A stretch of DNA of 64,000 nucleotides from Promethearchaeota archaeon. Lineage in GTDB: Archaea; Asgardarchaeota; Lokiarchaeia; Sigyniarchaeales; SOKP01. Within the stretch, counting starts at the first letter, position 1; every line of letters begins with the position of its first letter. The notes beneath the pieces were generated by a model. It had not been told where the DNA came from. It made no database searches and saw only the letters and a program-made list of their open reading frames with translations. Positions 10,710-21,487 of the stretch are shown in pieces. Position numbers and translations under genes: made by a program. The DNA is taken from positions 32,001 through 96,000 of the forward strand of contig JAHLWP010000010.1 in the NCBI GenBank assembly GCA_019057865.1. The letters run 5' to 3'.

Positions 10710-11372
10710 TTATTTCTTTTTAAATACATATACTGTAGAATGTTCAATGCCGAATTCTTTGGATGTTAATGTTTCTCTATAAAATTTAAGAAGCTCTATA
10801 CCCATATTTAAGAACATTTTAAGAACTTCCTTTTTAGAATAAGCTCTAGAATACATATTTTCACCCATAATTTCAACAAATACTTCTTTATCAACATCAG
10901 CACCCTCTTCCCATGGCTCGTTTAGAGATAAATAAAAAAAACCACCCTTTTTTAGGGAGCGTACAATTCTTTTCGCAATATCCTCAAATAAGGGAGGATC
11001 GAGCAAGAGCATAGTATAGGAAGAAAAAACACCATCGAACATATTCTTGAACTCTATTTCGGTCATTGATAATTCTACAAATTCTGCTTGAGGTACATAC
11101 TTTCGAGCGAGTTCTACCATTCGAGGTGAAATATCAATACCTAAAACATTAAATCCTCTTTCTACTAATAATTTTGCATATGGTTTACCAGTACCGGATC
11201 CAAGATCTAAAATATAAGCTCCTTTTGGTAAATTTTCATAAAAATAATAAAATAATGGATTAATATTTACATAATTAACTTCATCATACTTATCTGCAAC
11301 ACGTGTCCATGCTTGTTTATTCAGTGATATAATGTCAACTTTTTTATTCATATTAAGCCCGTCAGAATGCAA
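10710..11372 (-). CDS. Class I SAM-dependent methyltransferase
   Basis: ILDLGSGTG motif I; GIDIS. Confidence 0.9.
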   Translation of the reverse strand: MHSDGLNMNKKVDIISLNKQAWTRVADKYDEVNYVNINPLFYYFYENLPKGAYILDLGSGTGKPYAKLLVERGFNVLGIDISPRMVELARKYVPQAEFVELSMTEIEFKNMFDGVFSSYTMLLLDPPLFEDIAKRIVRSLKKGGFFYLSLNEPWEEGADVDKEVFVEIMGENMYSRAYSKKEVLKMFLNMGIELLKFYRETLTSKEFGIEHSTVYVFKKK

Positions 11373-11394
11373 ATCACTTGAATAAAATTAATAT

Positions 11395-12366
11395 TCATTC
11401 TTTATATAATAATTTTTTGAGAATTAGTGGCATTGAGTAGATATCGTAATAATTGTGCTCAATTATTTCTTTTATTAACCCTATATATCGACTTGGATTT
11501 TTCTGATATCTTTTATAGCATATACCTACTAGACTGCTGGGTAATTCATTTTCTCTTTTCCAATTTAGTAAATTCTTTTCCATGTTTGTAAGAGTATAGC
11601 TATTGAATTTGCCTTTTAACCTCCTACGACAATTGTGATATAAATCTATATGATGATATTTAGTATTATTAATCTCATACGGTTCATCATTTTCCGAAAT
11701 CATGGGATTTTCATCAAAATAATATAAAAAGCGATTTGCGACATACGGAATATCAAAAGTCTTCCCATTATAAGTAACAAAACATTTAAAATTCGGTAAA
11801 ATCTCATTTCTTAGATGTTCACATATAGCAATTTCTTCCTCTAAATCTCTTGCAAAATGAATATGGATTTCAAATTTATTATTATTATAATATCCCAAAC
11901 CAACTATAATCATTGGACTATCATATAAACCTAAAGTTTCAATATCTAAAAAGAGGAAATCTTCAATTTTAAAGCAAAAACTCAGGTCTAAGTCGTCTAT
12001 ATATCGATTTTTTTTAAGAGTTTTATGATCTTTATTTCTAATTAATCTTAAGATCTGGTTTGCTGAATTTTGATATCTTAAATTAATTTTTAAGTCATTA
12101 AGAGTTTGGACTCCCCTTCGCTTTAATTTTTTCTCAACTTTTTCTCCAATATAATGCACAGTTTTAAGATTTTGTATGATTTTTTTCTTAGCTATCAATA
12201 AACCTAAATCCTCGGGGAAATCTTTTTCTTCCCAAATTATCTCTATGAATTCACCCATTTCATTTTTTATAACTTGAGAATTTTCAAAAATTTCCTCTAA
12301 ATTTTTACCTACGTATTGTTCTAATAATGGAGAAATATTGAAACTTGCGAAATTATAATTATCCAT
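11395..12366 (-). CDS. YprB-like RNase H-fold exonuclease domain protein
   Basis: FLDIETLG, VTYNGKTFDIP, HIDL, HN.YD motifs. Confidence 0.85.
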   Translation of the reverse strand: MDNYNFASFNISPLLEQYVGKNLEEIFENSQVIKNEMGEFIEIIWEEKDFPEDLGLLIAKKKIIQNLKTVHYIGEKVEKKLKRRGVQTLNDLKINLRYQNSANQILRLIRNKDHKTLKKNRYIDDLDLSFCFKIEDFLFLDIETLGLYDSPMIIVGLGYYNNNKFEIHIHFARDLEEEIAICEHLRNEILPNFKCFVTYNGKTFDIPYVANRFLYYFDENPMISENDEPYEINNTKYHHIDLYHNCRRRLKGKFNSYTLTNMEKNLLNWKRENELPSSLVGICYKRYQKNPSRYIGLIKEIIEHNYYDIYSMPLILKKLLYKE

Positions 12367-12553
12367 TATCTATTCTAAAATAAGACACTTTATTTAATAA
12401 TGCATTCTCTGAAAGTTTATTATATAATTAAATAAATTTAATGATCAAAAGCTAAATCTAGCCCTGAGATCCAGTTTAAGAGAAAAAATTAGAAATTAAG
12501 GAATATCTGGGAGTTCTTTCTCCAAGATTTAAGGATATGTTCTCTTTAGACTA

Positions 12554-13861
12554 TTACTTCTTAAAAAACTTTCGAGATTCCGAATCTCCTAAAATGTAAT
12601 GACTTCCTCCACCATGTATCATACAATAAGCATCGAGAAGCCCAATTTGATTACAGTATTGTTCTGTATATCCCCGACCACCCATAGTTCTAAATAAATC
12701 AAGAGAAGTTTGAAATGCTAATTCACAAGTTTCAATTTTCAACCCCATTACCTGAGAAGCCATTATTTTTGACCTTTCTAATTGTTGTTTCTTGTCAATT
12801 TCTCGAGCATAACTCATTAATGCTGAAAGATATATATTTACTTCACGCATATTCTTAGTAATTGGAAATCTAATTATTTGATATTGATGTAATTTTCGTT
12901 GAAATTGTTCCCGCTGAATAGCAAAACTATGAGCATAAAATAATTTTTTAATACTATCTCCCAATGCTTCAGCACTAATTACTAATCTTTCTTCAGTTAA
13001 TTGATGAAACATAATATCCAATCCATCTCCTCCAAGAAGGTTTGCTTTAGGGAGTTCAGCATCATCAAATACTAAGCGACTGACAAATGCATCTCTCATC
13101 CCATAAGTAATTACCCGTGATGATTCAAAATTTTTCAATTGTTGATTTTCTGTATCTACAATAATTGCTCCTAATCTTCCATTATCTAATCTACCATATA
13201 AACAAATATAATCTGCTAACATTCCATTTGTTATAAAAAGCTTCTTGCCATTTGCAATTATTTTATTACCTCTTTCTTCGAGTCTTAGTTCAATTCTAAA
13301 AACATCACTACCTGCAATAAATTCTGTCATAGCTGAAGCTGCCATTGCACCAGATTTAACAACAGGATTCAAAAATTTATTTCTCTGATAATCATTAGCT
13401 TTATAATTCACTGGATTGCAATAAAGAGTTCCCCCTGCTAATCTACCCATTTCAATACTCCAATTACCACCAATATACTTCTCACTATTTCTTGACCAAA
13501 AACCTCCACATAGGGCTAATGCTATAAGAGCATTTCGAGAAACGTTACCAATGTCATAATCTTCTGAATCAAAAATTGTACTGTAATAACTTTTTTCTGC
13601 TAATTTTTTCATAACATTAACGACAATTTCCCGTTTCTTCTCTTGTATCGGTTCTTCTGCCAAATAATTTAGTTCTTCTAAGGTCTTCAGGTCTGTTTCA
13701 AGATTTTCTTCCATGAAGTCATAAAATTCGGATAAAAATTCTTTCTCTTTAGCTGTAAATATTGGGTTATTTAATAAGTCTAATTCAGTAATGTATCCGT
13801 TAATTTCAAGTTCCGGAAATTCTGGGAGTCTAGTATCCATAATAAATAAGACAATCTTCAT
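12554..13861 (-). CDS. Acyl-CoA dehydrogenase family protein
   Basis: AMTE..AGSD, NGKKLFITNG, REQF, MGGRGY. Confidence 0.9.
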   Translation of the reverse strand: MKIVLFIMDTRLPEFPELEINGYITELDLLNNPIFTAKEKEFLSEFYDFMEENLETDLKTLEELNYLAEEPIQEKKREIVVNVMKKLAEKSYYSTIFDSEDYDIGNVSRNALIALALCGGFWSRNSEKYIGGNWSIEMGRLAGGTLYCNPVNYKANDYQRNKFLNPVVKSGAMAASAMTEFIAGSDVFRIELRLEERGNKIIANGKKLFITNGMLADYICLYGRLDNGRLGAIIVDTENQQLKNFESSRVITYGMRDAFVSRLVFDDAELPKANLLGGDGLDIMFHQLTEERLVISAEALGDSIKKLFYAHSFAIQREQFQRKLHQYQIIRFPITKNMREVNIYLSALMSYAREIDKKQQLERSKIMASQVMGLKIETCELAFQTSLDLFRTMGGRGYTEQYCNQIGLLDAYCMIHGGGSHYILGDSESRKFFKK

Positions 13862-13894
13862 AAGATTTTAAATTTTTTTTTTGGAGAGTAGGAT

Positions 13895-14275
13895 TTATTT
13901 CCCATCTGAATACCTTTCGCTATATTCACTCCAACGACCTCCACAAAGAGCATAAGCTATAAGTGCATTTCTTGTAATTCTTCCAATTTTATAATCCTTT
14001 TTATTTAGTATGGTTGAATAAAATTCCTTTTCAGCTAGTTTACTCATAATCCTAACAACAATTTCTTTCTTCTTCTCTTGATTTGGCTCTCCTACTAAAT
14101 AATTTAACTCTTCTAATTTTCGTAATTCAATATTAAGTTCATTTTCCATAAAAATTTATAATTCTGCTAATAATTTCTTCTCCTTAGCGTTAAGGATAGA
14201 ATTGTTCAATAAATCTAATTCTGGAACATATCACTGTATACGAATAGCTTCAAATTCACTTATTCTTGTGTCTAT
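13895..14275 (-). pseudogene. Decayed tandem duplicate of the acyl-CoA dehydrogenase N-terminus
   Basis: In-frame reading IDTRISEFEAIRIQ*YVPELDLLNNSILNAKEKKLLAEL*IFMENEL... aligns with MDTRLPEFPELEINGYITELDLLNNPIFTAKEKEFLSEFYDFMEENL; start ATA instead of ATG, two in-frame stops, 3'-truncated. Confidence 0.85.
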
Positions 14276-14434
14276 AATAATTTAATCAATATTTATAATT
14301 TGAAAATTTTGTTCATTTGGTTAAATATAAGTTTAAAGGTAAAAAAACTTTATAACCTAAATATCTATCAAAAAAATATAATTAAATCTAAAAAACAAAT
14401 TTCTAATTTTTAAAAAAAAGATAGTGAAAATATT

Positions 14435-15856
14435 ATGATAAAATTTAGTGATAAGCAATTAAAAATCCCTAAATTAATGCGACCAGTTTATTTAGTTACA
14501 GCTGGAATGTCGAAGTTTGATCGTGCATTCCCAGAGACCCGAACAGAGGAACTTTGTATTGATGCCCTTACTGCTGCTGCTGAATTTGTAAACATGACAC
14601 CGACTGAACTCAAAAAGTTTATTCATACATGCTATTATGGACATTTCGCTGATCATTTTGGAGATCAGTTACTAGGAGAGGCTGTTATTCATGATAGGCT
14701 TGGATTGGATCCATTGGGAAATATTGGTGTAAAAACAGGAGGTGCAACAGGAGGTTCAGCTATGTGGGAAGCTGTAAAAGCTGTAGCTTCAGGCTATAGC
14801 GATTGTGCGCTTGCACTCGGATGGGAGAGGATGGATGAAGTACCAACGGATGAGGGAAACCATCTTATATCATGTGCTGCAGATAAAGATTGGGAAACAC
14901 CATTAGGTCATATATATACGGGTTATTATGCAGTTATGGCACAAAGATATTGGAAGGTCTTCGGAAAGGAAGAACCGTCATTTCGAGACACAATGGCAGA
15001 AATTGCTGTAAAAAATAGAGGATATGCAAGAATGAATCCTCATGCTCAAGGACCAATGAAGATCACCATTGAAGATGTTAAGAACTCTCCTATCGTTGCC
15101 TATCCTCTTCGTGCTTTAGATTGTTGCTTAATGAGTGTAGGAGCAGCATGTGGAATTGTGTGTGATGAAAAAACCGCATATGAGATAACAGATAAACCAC
15201 TTAGGATCTATATAGCAGCAGGAAGTCATACATTACGAGTAGCCGATCGAAGAGATATGAAAATACCTCTTTTACCAAATGAAAAACCAGGTTTATATGA
15301 TGATTTAGGAAAACGATTTTCTGGAGGAGATAGATATCCTGGGTTCGCTAGTTTCTTAGCTGCTAGGATGTCCGCATACTATGCATATCATATGTCAGGG
15401 GTAAATGATCCTTCCGAAGATTTAGATTTAGTTGAACTACACGATGCTTTCACAATTAGTGATATACAGACTTATGAAGATATAGGGATTCGACCATATG
15501 GTGAAGGAAGAGATTATATAGAATCGGGTGACGCTTATGTTATAAATCCAATTACCAAAAAACCCGGTAAATTACCAAGTAATCCTTCTGGTGGATTGAT
15601 AGGGTGCATGCATGCAGTAGGTGCAACAGGTCTAATGCAAATTGCCGAAATTGGCTATCATATTTGGAACCGATGGGATGAGATCCACGAACCAGAAGAA
15701 AAATGGAAAAAATTTGATCGAGAAAAACTAAAAGATTGGACAAGTTTGCAAGTTAAGGGAGCAAAAAGAGGATTAGCTATTTCACACGCAGGTGTTGGTT
15801 CTCATGTAACATGTACTATTTTAATGAATCCAAATAATTTATTAAAGGAGGATTAG
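14435..15856 (+). CDS. Thiolase superfamily protein (SCP-x/aldolase-like, lacks N-terminal Cys)
   Basis: TGGATGG, AVKN, LDCC, ELHDAF, NPSGG...HAVGATG. Confidence 0.9.
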   Translation: MIKFSDKQLKIPKLMRPVYLVTAGMSKFDRAFPETRTEELCIDALTAAAEFVNMTPTELKKFIHTCYYGHFADHFGDQLLGEAVIHDRLGLDPLGNIGVKTGGATGGSAMWEAVKAVASGYSDCALALGWERMDEVPTDEGNHLISCAADKDWETPLGHIYTGYYAVMAQRYWKVFGKEEPSFRDTMAEIAVKNRGYARMNPHAQGPMKITIEDVKNSPIVAYPLRALDCCLMSVGAACGIVCDEKTAYEITDKPLRIYIAAGSHTLRVADRRDMKIPLLPNEKPGLYDDLGKRFSGGDRYPGFASFLAARMSAYYAYHMSGVNDPSEDLDLVELHDAFTISDIQTYEDIGIRPYGEGRDYIESGDAYVINPITKKPGKLPSNPSGGLIGCMHAVGATGLMQIAEIGYHIWNRWDEIHEPEEKWKKFDREKLKDWTSLQVKGAKRGLAISHAGVGSHVTCTILMNPNNLLKED

Positions 15857-15860
15857 AAAA

Positions 15861-16463
15861 ATGCCAAAAACAGAAGAAGAAAAAGGTTTTGTAGAGATTG
15901 TTAATAAAAGATATAAACCTAAAGGGACTTTTCATATAATCGAGGCAAATCAACCTATTTATAATAAAGATACAGGAAAATTAGCAGGTGTTACAAACCC
16001 TAGAGATATGACATATATACATTCATATGGTAGAGAAGCAGTATTTTTCGAGTCTCTAGGTAAAGGAAGACTTATGGCTTCTAGATGTGATAATGAAAAA
16101 TGTGAAACAAAAGGTTCAATTTATGAACCATTTAGGATTTTTTGCCCAGATTGCCTAAGAAAAAATACTGTAATTGATATTACTGAAAAAGCTCAGAAGA
16201 CAGCAAAAATCCACTCATTTATTATTACTCATCGTTCTGGAGCTTTTAATACGCTACCAAAACCAATCAAATTCATAAACGTTGAATTTGATGAAGAAGT
16301 AGTCACTATTCTTATGAGCGTGTTAGTTGTCGGAGAACCAGAAATGGGAAAAAGTGTTGTGCCAATCTTTCGAACCAAGAATCCAACCTATACAATTATG
16401 GATTTAATGTTTGTTGTTAAGGGTACACGCGAGTCAGAACTACCAGAGGGTTTTACATTTTAA
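15861..16463 (+). CDS. DUF35 (Zn-ribbon/OB-fold) thiolase partner
   Basis: FF..L..G.L...RC...C...P.R.FCPDC; adjacent to a thiolase. Confidence 0.85.
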   Translation: MPKTEEEKGFVEIVNKRYKPKGTFHIIEANQPIYNKDTGKLAGVTNPRDMTYIHSYGREAVFFESLGKGRLMASRCDNEKCETKGSIYEPFRIFCPDCLRKNTVIDITEKAQKTAKIHSFIITHRSGAFNTLPKPIKFINVEFDEEVVTILMSVLVVGEPEMGKSVVPIFRTKNPTYTIMDLMFVVKGTRESELPEGFTF

Positions 16464-16710
16464 TACTATTTTAAAATTTTTCTTTTTCTTATTCTTATTA
16501 TTAATAATTTCGAATTTAAAATTTAAAAGTAAAAGCAAATTTAAGACCTAAGGGCAAAAGAGAAGGAACCTTAAAAGATATATTGTACTGGGAATAATTT
16601 AAATCATTTTTTATTTTTATTTCTTGACTTAGTTAAGTCTGATAATTTTAAGCTATTCAATTAATTTTAAACTGAGAATAAATAAAAAATAAAAATAAAA
16701 TTTATTAATA

Positions 16711-17604
16711 TCATTGCTGATATAAATTAAAGATCTTTCTTGCCTCATCAGGAGTTGCAGGTTCACGATTTACTAATCTAGTTACCTTTGCAGCCCACTC
16801 TACTTGTTCCCAACTTCCTTTAGCTAATCTACCATCAGGCATGCGGATATTATCTTCTAATCCAACTCTTATATGTCCTCCCATTGCCGCAGCACATAGT
16901 GCTACTTGAAATTGTTGTTTAGCTACACCACAGACACTCCAACTAGCATCTGGAGGTCTTAGATTTAGAAAGTGTCCTAAATTTTCAAGAGAAAACGGTA
17001 CACCTCCTAAAATACCGAATACAAATTGAAAATGAAGGGGAGGATCTAAAAGTCTTTTTGGTTGCTGTTTTGCTAGATGTAAGATATTATACATACCCCC
17101 AAAATCATAAATTTCAATTTCAGGCTTAACTTGTGCCTTTTTCATGGCTTTAGCGAATTTTTGTATTGTATTGAATGTATTTGCGAATATAAACTTTGCG
17201 CCAAGCCCAACTTGTCCAGTTTTATGATCTCCTACTGCAAAATTCATTGAATTGGAATTTAGTGATGCTATTGGGGGTTTAAACGTTTCAACTGGTGCTA
17301 TTCTCTGTTTAGGTGTAACAATAGTACTTATTGCAGTACTTAGATTAATTAAGATATCTGGTGCTTTTTCTTTGATATTATCAATTGCTGTTTTAATTAT
17401 ATCTAAATCTGCAACGGGATTCCCTTTTTCTGGATGTCTTACATGAATATGAACTATTGCTGCTCCTGCATCATAACATTTTTTTGCTTCATCACCAAAC
17501 TCCTCCGCAGTATAAGGAACTGCAGGATTCTGGGATTTAATTGTTGCCGCTCCTGTAAGAGCAGCACTTATTACCAATTTATTTGATAAATCTTCCTCTG
17601 ACAT
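16711..17604 (-). CDS. Beta-keto acid cleavage enzyme (BKACE/DUF849, Kce-like)
   Basis: ALTGA, P.VPYT, AGAAIVHIHVR, PEIEIYD, HIRVGLEDN. Confidence 0.92.
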   Translation of the reverse strand: MSEEDLSNKLVISAALTGAATIKSQNPAVPYTAEEFGDEAKKCYDAGAAIVHIHVRHPEKGNPVADLDIIKTAIDNIKEKAPDILINLSTAISTIVTPKQRIAPVETFKPPIASLNSNSMNFAVGDHKTGQVGLGAKFIFANTFNTIQKFAKAMKKAQVKPEIEIYDFGGMYNILHLAKQQPKRLLDPPLHFQFVFGILGGVPFSLENLGHFLNLRPPDASWSVCGVAKQQFQVALCAAAMGGHIRVGLEDNIRMPDGRLAKGSWEQVEWAAKVTRLVNREPATPDEARKIFNLYQQ

Positions 17605-17996
17605 TTTTATTACATTTTTAAATTTGATTTTGTAAATTTTAAATCAGATTACTACTGAAAAAATAGATTTTCCTCCTATTAATATTTTTCATATTAATAT
17701 TAATATTTTTTTTAATTGAGTTAAAGCTTATTAAGGATATAGAGAAATCCTATATTATCATTTATTTTTTAAAAAAATATTATTCCAATTAAAATCAAAT
17801 AAATTGAATTTTCTTTTATTTATTATCTTTTTTAGTAGAATTATTAACTTAAAATAAGTTCTCCACTATGGAATCAAAAGAAACCTTTAGTTGTTTTTTT
17901 TTAAATCAGATATTTTTAGATAAATCATTTTCAAATTATTTTAAAACTATTTACTACTATTAATAATATTAAAATTCATAAAACATTGAAATTAAA

Positions 17997-18461
17997 ATGA
18001 GTGAAGAAAAAGTAATTGTAGCTAATAAGGGGCTTGTTAGAGCTGACTTTGCCTTTTGGGTTGGTCAATACATGGATAGATTCTATGATGCTCTTGAAAA
18101 TAAGAGATTTATTGGAAATAAATGTCCAGAATGCGGAAAGATTTTTGTACCTCCGAGAAAGACTTGTGGAAAATGTAACAAAACAATCCCATTGGATAAA
18201 AACTGGGTTAATTTGCCTGAAACAGGGACCTTGCTAAATTACACTGTCACATATTATAAAGTAAATGAGAGAACTACTCGAAAAGTTAAAAAACCTCAAA
18301 TAATTGGCATGATACAAATTGATGGTAGCAATACAGGGATAGTATATCGTCTTTTAAATGTAGATCCTGATGATGTCAAAGTTGGAATGAAAGTTAAAGT
18401 AGTGTGGGAAGAAAAAACAAAAGGAGACCCTTCAGATATTAAGGGTTTCACGAAACTATAG
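17997..18461 (+). CDS. DUF35 (Zn-ribbon/OB-fold) protein
   Basis: KCPECG..FVPPR..CGKC; GMKVKVVW. Confidence 0.9.
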   Translation: MSEEKVIVANKGLVRADFAFWVGQYMDRFYDALENKRFIGNKCPECGKIFVPPRKTCGKCNKTIPLDKNWVNLPETGTLLNYTVTYYKVNERTTRKVKKPQIIGMIQIDGSNTGIVYRLLNVDPDDVKVGMKVKVVWEEKTKGDPSDIKGFTKL

Positions 18462-18478
18462 TAGGAGGTAAAAAGATT

Positions 18479-19621
18479 ATGCAAAAAGTAGGTATTGTAG
18501 GGTATAATCAAGTAAAGTTATATTCAGATGCAAATTATGGGAGGTATGAAATGATTTTTGAAGCTGTACGAGGAGCATTAGATAGTGCAGGACTGAAAAA
18601 GAAAGATATAAGCACAGTGATATCGGCTACTAATGATTATTATGATGGGCGTACTATATCAAATGCGTTAACTGTGGAACCTGGAGGAGGATACTTAGCA
18701 GATGAGTCAAAAGTTGAGATGGATGGAGCTCATGCTGTTTTATATGGATTGATGCGCATTTTATCTGGAAATCATAAACTTGCTGTAGTTTGGGGTGGAA
18801 GTATGGCATCATGCTTTCCCTATCATTCTGCTCGATTATATGAGACTGATCCTACATGGGAGCGTCCAGTTGCTTATGTTAATGATATATCTGCTGCTGG
18901 GTTTCAGATGAGGGCTTATATGGAAAAATTTGGAGTAATTCCTGAGGATATCGCTAAGATTGCTGTTAAAAATAGAAAAAATGCTACTAAAAATCCTCTA
19001 GCGTTAGCTGAGGCTCAAAATCCTAATTTAACAGTTAAAGAAGTATTAGAATCGGAAATTTATGCTGATCCTATAAAAGAATTAATGGTTGCTCAACCTT
19101 GTGATGGTGTTGCCGCATTACTTTTAGCCCCTGAAAAACAAGCATTAAAGATTATAGATAATCCAGTTTGGATTACAGGTGTAGGATATAATCAAGAAAC
19201 TTATTATCTTGGAGATAGAGATTTATTTAAAAGTAAATCTATGGAATTAGCAGGTAAAATGGCGTTTAGTGCTGCTGGAATCAAAGATCCTAAAAATGAA
19301 ATCGATGTAGCTGAGTTATTTGAAGGTTATGCACATGAGGAATTGATTTTTACTGAAGCTTTAGGATTTGTAGAGAAAGGACAAGGAGCAAGTTTAAACT
19401 CTGAGATAAATGGGGATCTACCCATCAATCCTTCTGGTGGAGCACTTGGAGGGAATCCGCCATGTGCAACAGGTTTAATAAGAATTATTGAAGCTGTAAA
19501 ACAACTTAAAGGAGAGGCAAATGATTATCAAGTTAGTGGTGCCAAGAAAGCTGTTGTTTCAGGGCAAATAGGGATGTGTGCACAAAATAATATAGTATAT
19601 GTATTGGAGGGTGGTAATTAA
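18479..19621 (+). CDS. Thiolase-like protein (Ltp4-like)
   Basis: DYYDGR, ES.VEMDGA, DG.AA, INPSGG...ATGL.R. Confidence 0.85.
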   Translation: MQKVGIVGYNQVKLYSDANYGRYEMIFEAVRGALDSAGLKKKDISTVISATNDYYDGRTISNALTVEPGGGYLADESKVEMDGAHAVLYGLMRILSGNHKLAVVWGGSMASCFPYHSARLYETDPTWERPVAYVNDISAAGFQMRAYMEKFGVIPEDIAKIAVKNRKNATKNPLALAEAQNPNLTVKEVLESEIYADPIKELMVAQPCDGVAALLLAPEKQALKIIDNPVWITGVGYNQETYYLGDRDLFKSKSMELAGKMAFSAAGIKDPKNEIDVAELFEGYAHEELIFTEALGFVEKGQGASLNSEINGDLPINPSGGALGGNPPCATGLIRIIEAVKQLKGEANDYQVSGAKKAVVSGQIGMCAQNNIVYVLEGGN

Positions 19622-19623
19622 AT

Positions 19624-20871
19624 ATGGGAAGACAAGTATGTATTGCAAGTGCAGGATTTAGTGAGCATGCTTCTAAGCGCTCCGATGTAAGTATGCCTGA
19701 ATTAGTGAGTGAAGCAATAGAAGATTGTTTAAAAAGAGTTCCTAGTGTTGATATTAAAGATATTGATGCTTATGTAAATGGTAATATGCCTGCATTTGAA
19801 GGTTCAAATATTCCGGAATTATGGATGACTGATTGGATGGGGGCTAGAAACAAACCACTAATGAGAGTTACAACAGGAGGAACTACAGGAGGTTCTGTAG
19901 CTATTTCTGGATATTATTCTGTTGCTGCTGGTTTACCAGGTGTTGATACTGTGTTAGCTATAGCTTTTGAACAACAATCTCAAGGAGACACTAGTGTAGG
20001 GCTTGCTAGCACAGCTTATGGAGAAATATCAGTTATGAACTCGTTAGGTATTCCTTATGATCAATTAACCCTTCTTTTTTCTGCTGGTGCAGCAATAGGA
20101 ATTGCTTCTTATCAAGCTACTAATTATATGCGCAAAAGTAAAATTACAGAAGAAGATTTAGCAAGAGTAGTTGTTCAAAATAGACATAATGCGGCAAAAA
20201 CATGGTGGGCTCATTTAAAAATGCCTAACCTCACAATTGAAGAAGTATTAGATACTCCATATATTTCATATCCTTTAAGATATGGAATGGTTTGTCCAGC
20301 TTCTGATGGAGCCTGTGCAATGCTCTTTACAACCGAGGAAAAAGCTAAAGATATGAGTGATATTCCCGTTTATGTTAATGGAGTGGGTAGTATTGCAACT
20401 GAAACTGCTCTTATTGGTTTTAATGGTAGTGGATCAGGACAACTAGACCTTTCTGAGCAATTAGGTGCTCAAAAGACTTCTGAATTAGCCTTTAGACAGG
20501 CAGGTGTTTCTTTTCCAAGGAAAGAAATTGATTATGCTGAGGTATATTCACCATTTCCTAACCAAGAGCTTATGTGGGTTGAGCAATTAGGTCTATTCGA
20601 AGAAAATACAGCTCCTAATATGTATGAGACAGGGGTAACTGCCTTAAATGGTGAATTACCCGTGAATTGTTCTGGTGGTGTCAATTCTACAAATGCTATA
20701 GGAGCATCGGCAATGGAAAGACCTGCTGTTGCTGCCTTACAAATTATGGGGGAAGCAAGTAATCAAGTTCCCAAGACGGTCCATACTGCTTTAGGACACG
20801 GATGGGGCGGGTATGTTAATTTAGTAACAATGATGGTTATGGCAGATGAGCCAACCAGAAAACTTAGGTAA
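19624..20871 (+). CDS. Thiolase-like protein (Ltp3-like)
   Basis: KPLMRVTTGG..GGS, CP.SDGACA, AEVYSPF, NCSGG.NSTNAIGA. Confidence 0.85.
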   Translation: MGRQVCIASAGFSEHASKRSDVSMPELVSEAIEDCLKRVPSVDIKDIDAYVNGNMPAFEGSNIPELWMTDWMGARNKPLMRVTTGGTTGGSVAISGYYSVAAGLPGVDTVLAIAFEQQSQGDTSVGLASTAYGEISVMNSLGIPYDQLTLLFSAGAAIGIASYQATNYMRKSKITEEDLARVVVQNRHNAAKTWWAHLKMPNLTIEEVLDTPYISYPLRYGMVCPASDGACAMLFTTEEKAKDMSDIPVYVNGVGSIATETALIGFNGSGSGQLDLSEQLGAQKTSELAFRQAGVSFPRKEIDYAEVYSPFPNQELMWVEQLGLFEENTAPNMYETGVTALNGELPVNCSGGVNSTNAIGASAMERPAVAALQIMGEASNQVPKTVHTALGHGWGGYVNLVTMMVMADEPTRKLR

Positions 20872-20890
20872 AATATGGAGGAGATATAAA

Positions 20891-21421
20891 TTGTCTAAAA
20901 GAACGTTAAGAAAAACAATGGATTATGTTAAAAAAGAATATAAAAGAACTAGAATAATGCCAGCTAGTTGGTATTTATCCAGTTATAACTTTAAATTTAA
21001 TATTGCTCATATGAAACCATTTCTTGAAAAATTGAAACAAAAAAAGTTAGTCGGTTTGCAATGTTCAAGTTGTAATAGAGTATTTTTTCCGCCTCGCCAA
21101 GTCTGTGGTAAATGTCTTGTTAAACCAGATCGTTGGGTAGATTTACGTGAAACGGGGAGAGTAGCTTCATACACTATAACTTATTTAAAAGATCCCGAAA
21201 GTGGTGAAGTTTTAGAACGACCAATTATCTGTGCACAATTAGATGGGGCAGATACGTCATACCCAGCAACATTAAGTCCTGATGTTGAATTTAAGGACAC
21301 ATATATTGGAATGCCTATAAAAGTTCATTGGGCAGAAGATATTAGCGGTGGTATGATGGATATTGAATATTATGATTTAACTGAAGATGATGCCAAAGAT
21401 TTAGAATTACGTAAGGAATAA
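20891..21421 (+). CDS. DUF35 (Zn-ribbon/OB-fold) protein; probable TTG start at 20891
   Basis: CSSC..VFFPPR..CGKC; GGAGG ribosome-binding site about 10 nt before TTG 20891, in frame with ORF 20846. Confidence 0.85.
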   Translation: MSKRTLRKTMDYVKKEYKRTRIMPASWYLSSYNFKFNIAHMKPFLEKLKQKKLVGLQCSSCNRVFFPPRQVCGKCLVKPDRWVDLRETGRVASYTITYLKDPESGEVLERPIICAQLDGADTSYPATLSPDVEFKDTYIGMPIKVHWAEDISGGMMDIEYYDLTEDDAKDLELRKE

Positions 21422-21487
21422 TAATATCTTTTCATTTTTTCTATTTTTTTCTTTTCCAACATAAAAAGAGTATCTGACTTGTAACTA

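Noticed and set aside
14231-14233. In-frame TGA as selenocysteine
   Set aside because: It aligns to Gly in the paralog, and the same frame has a TAA and a lost start.
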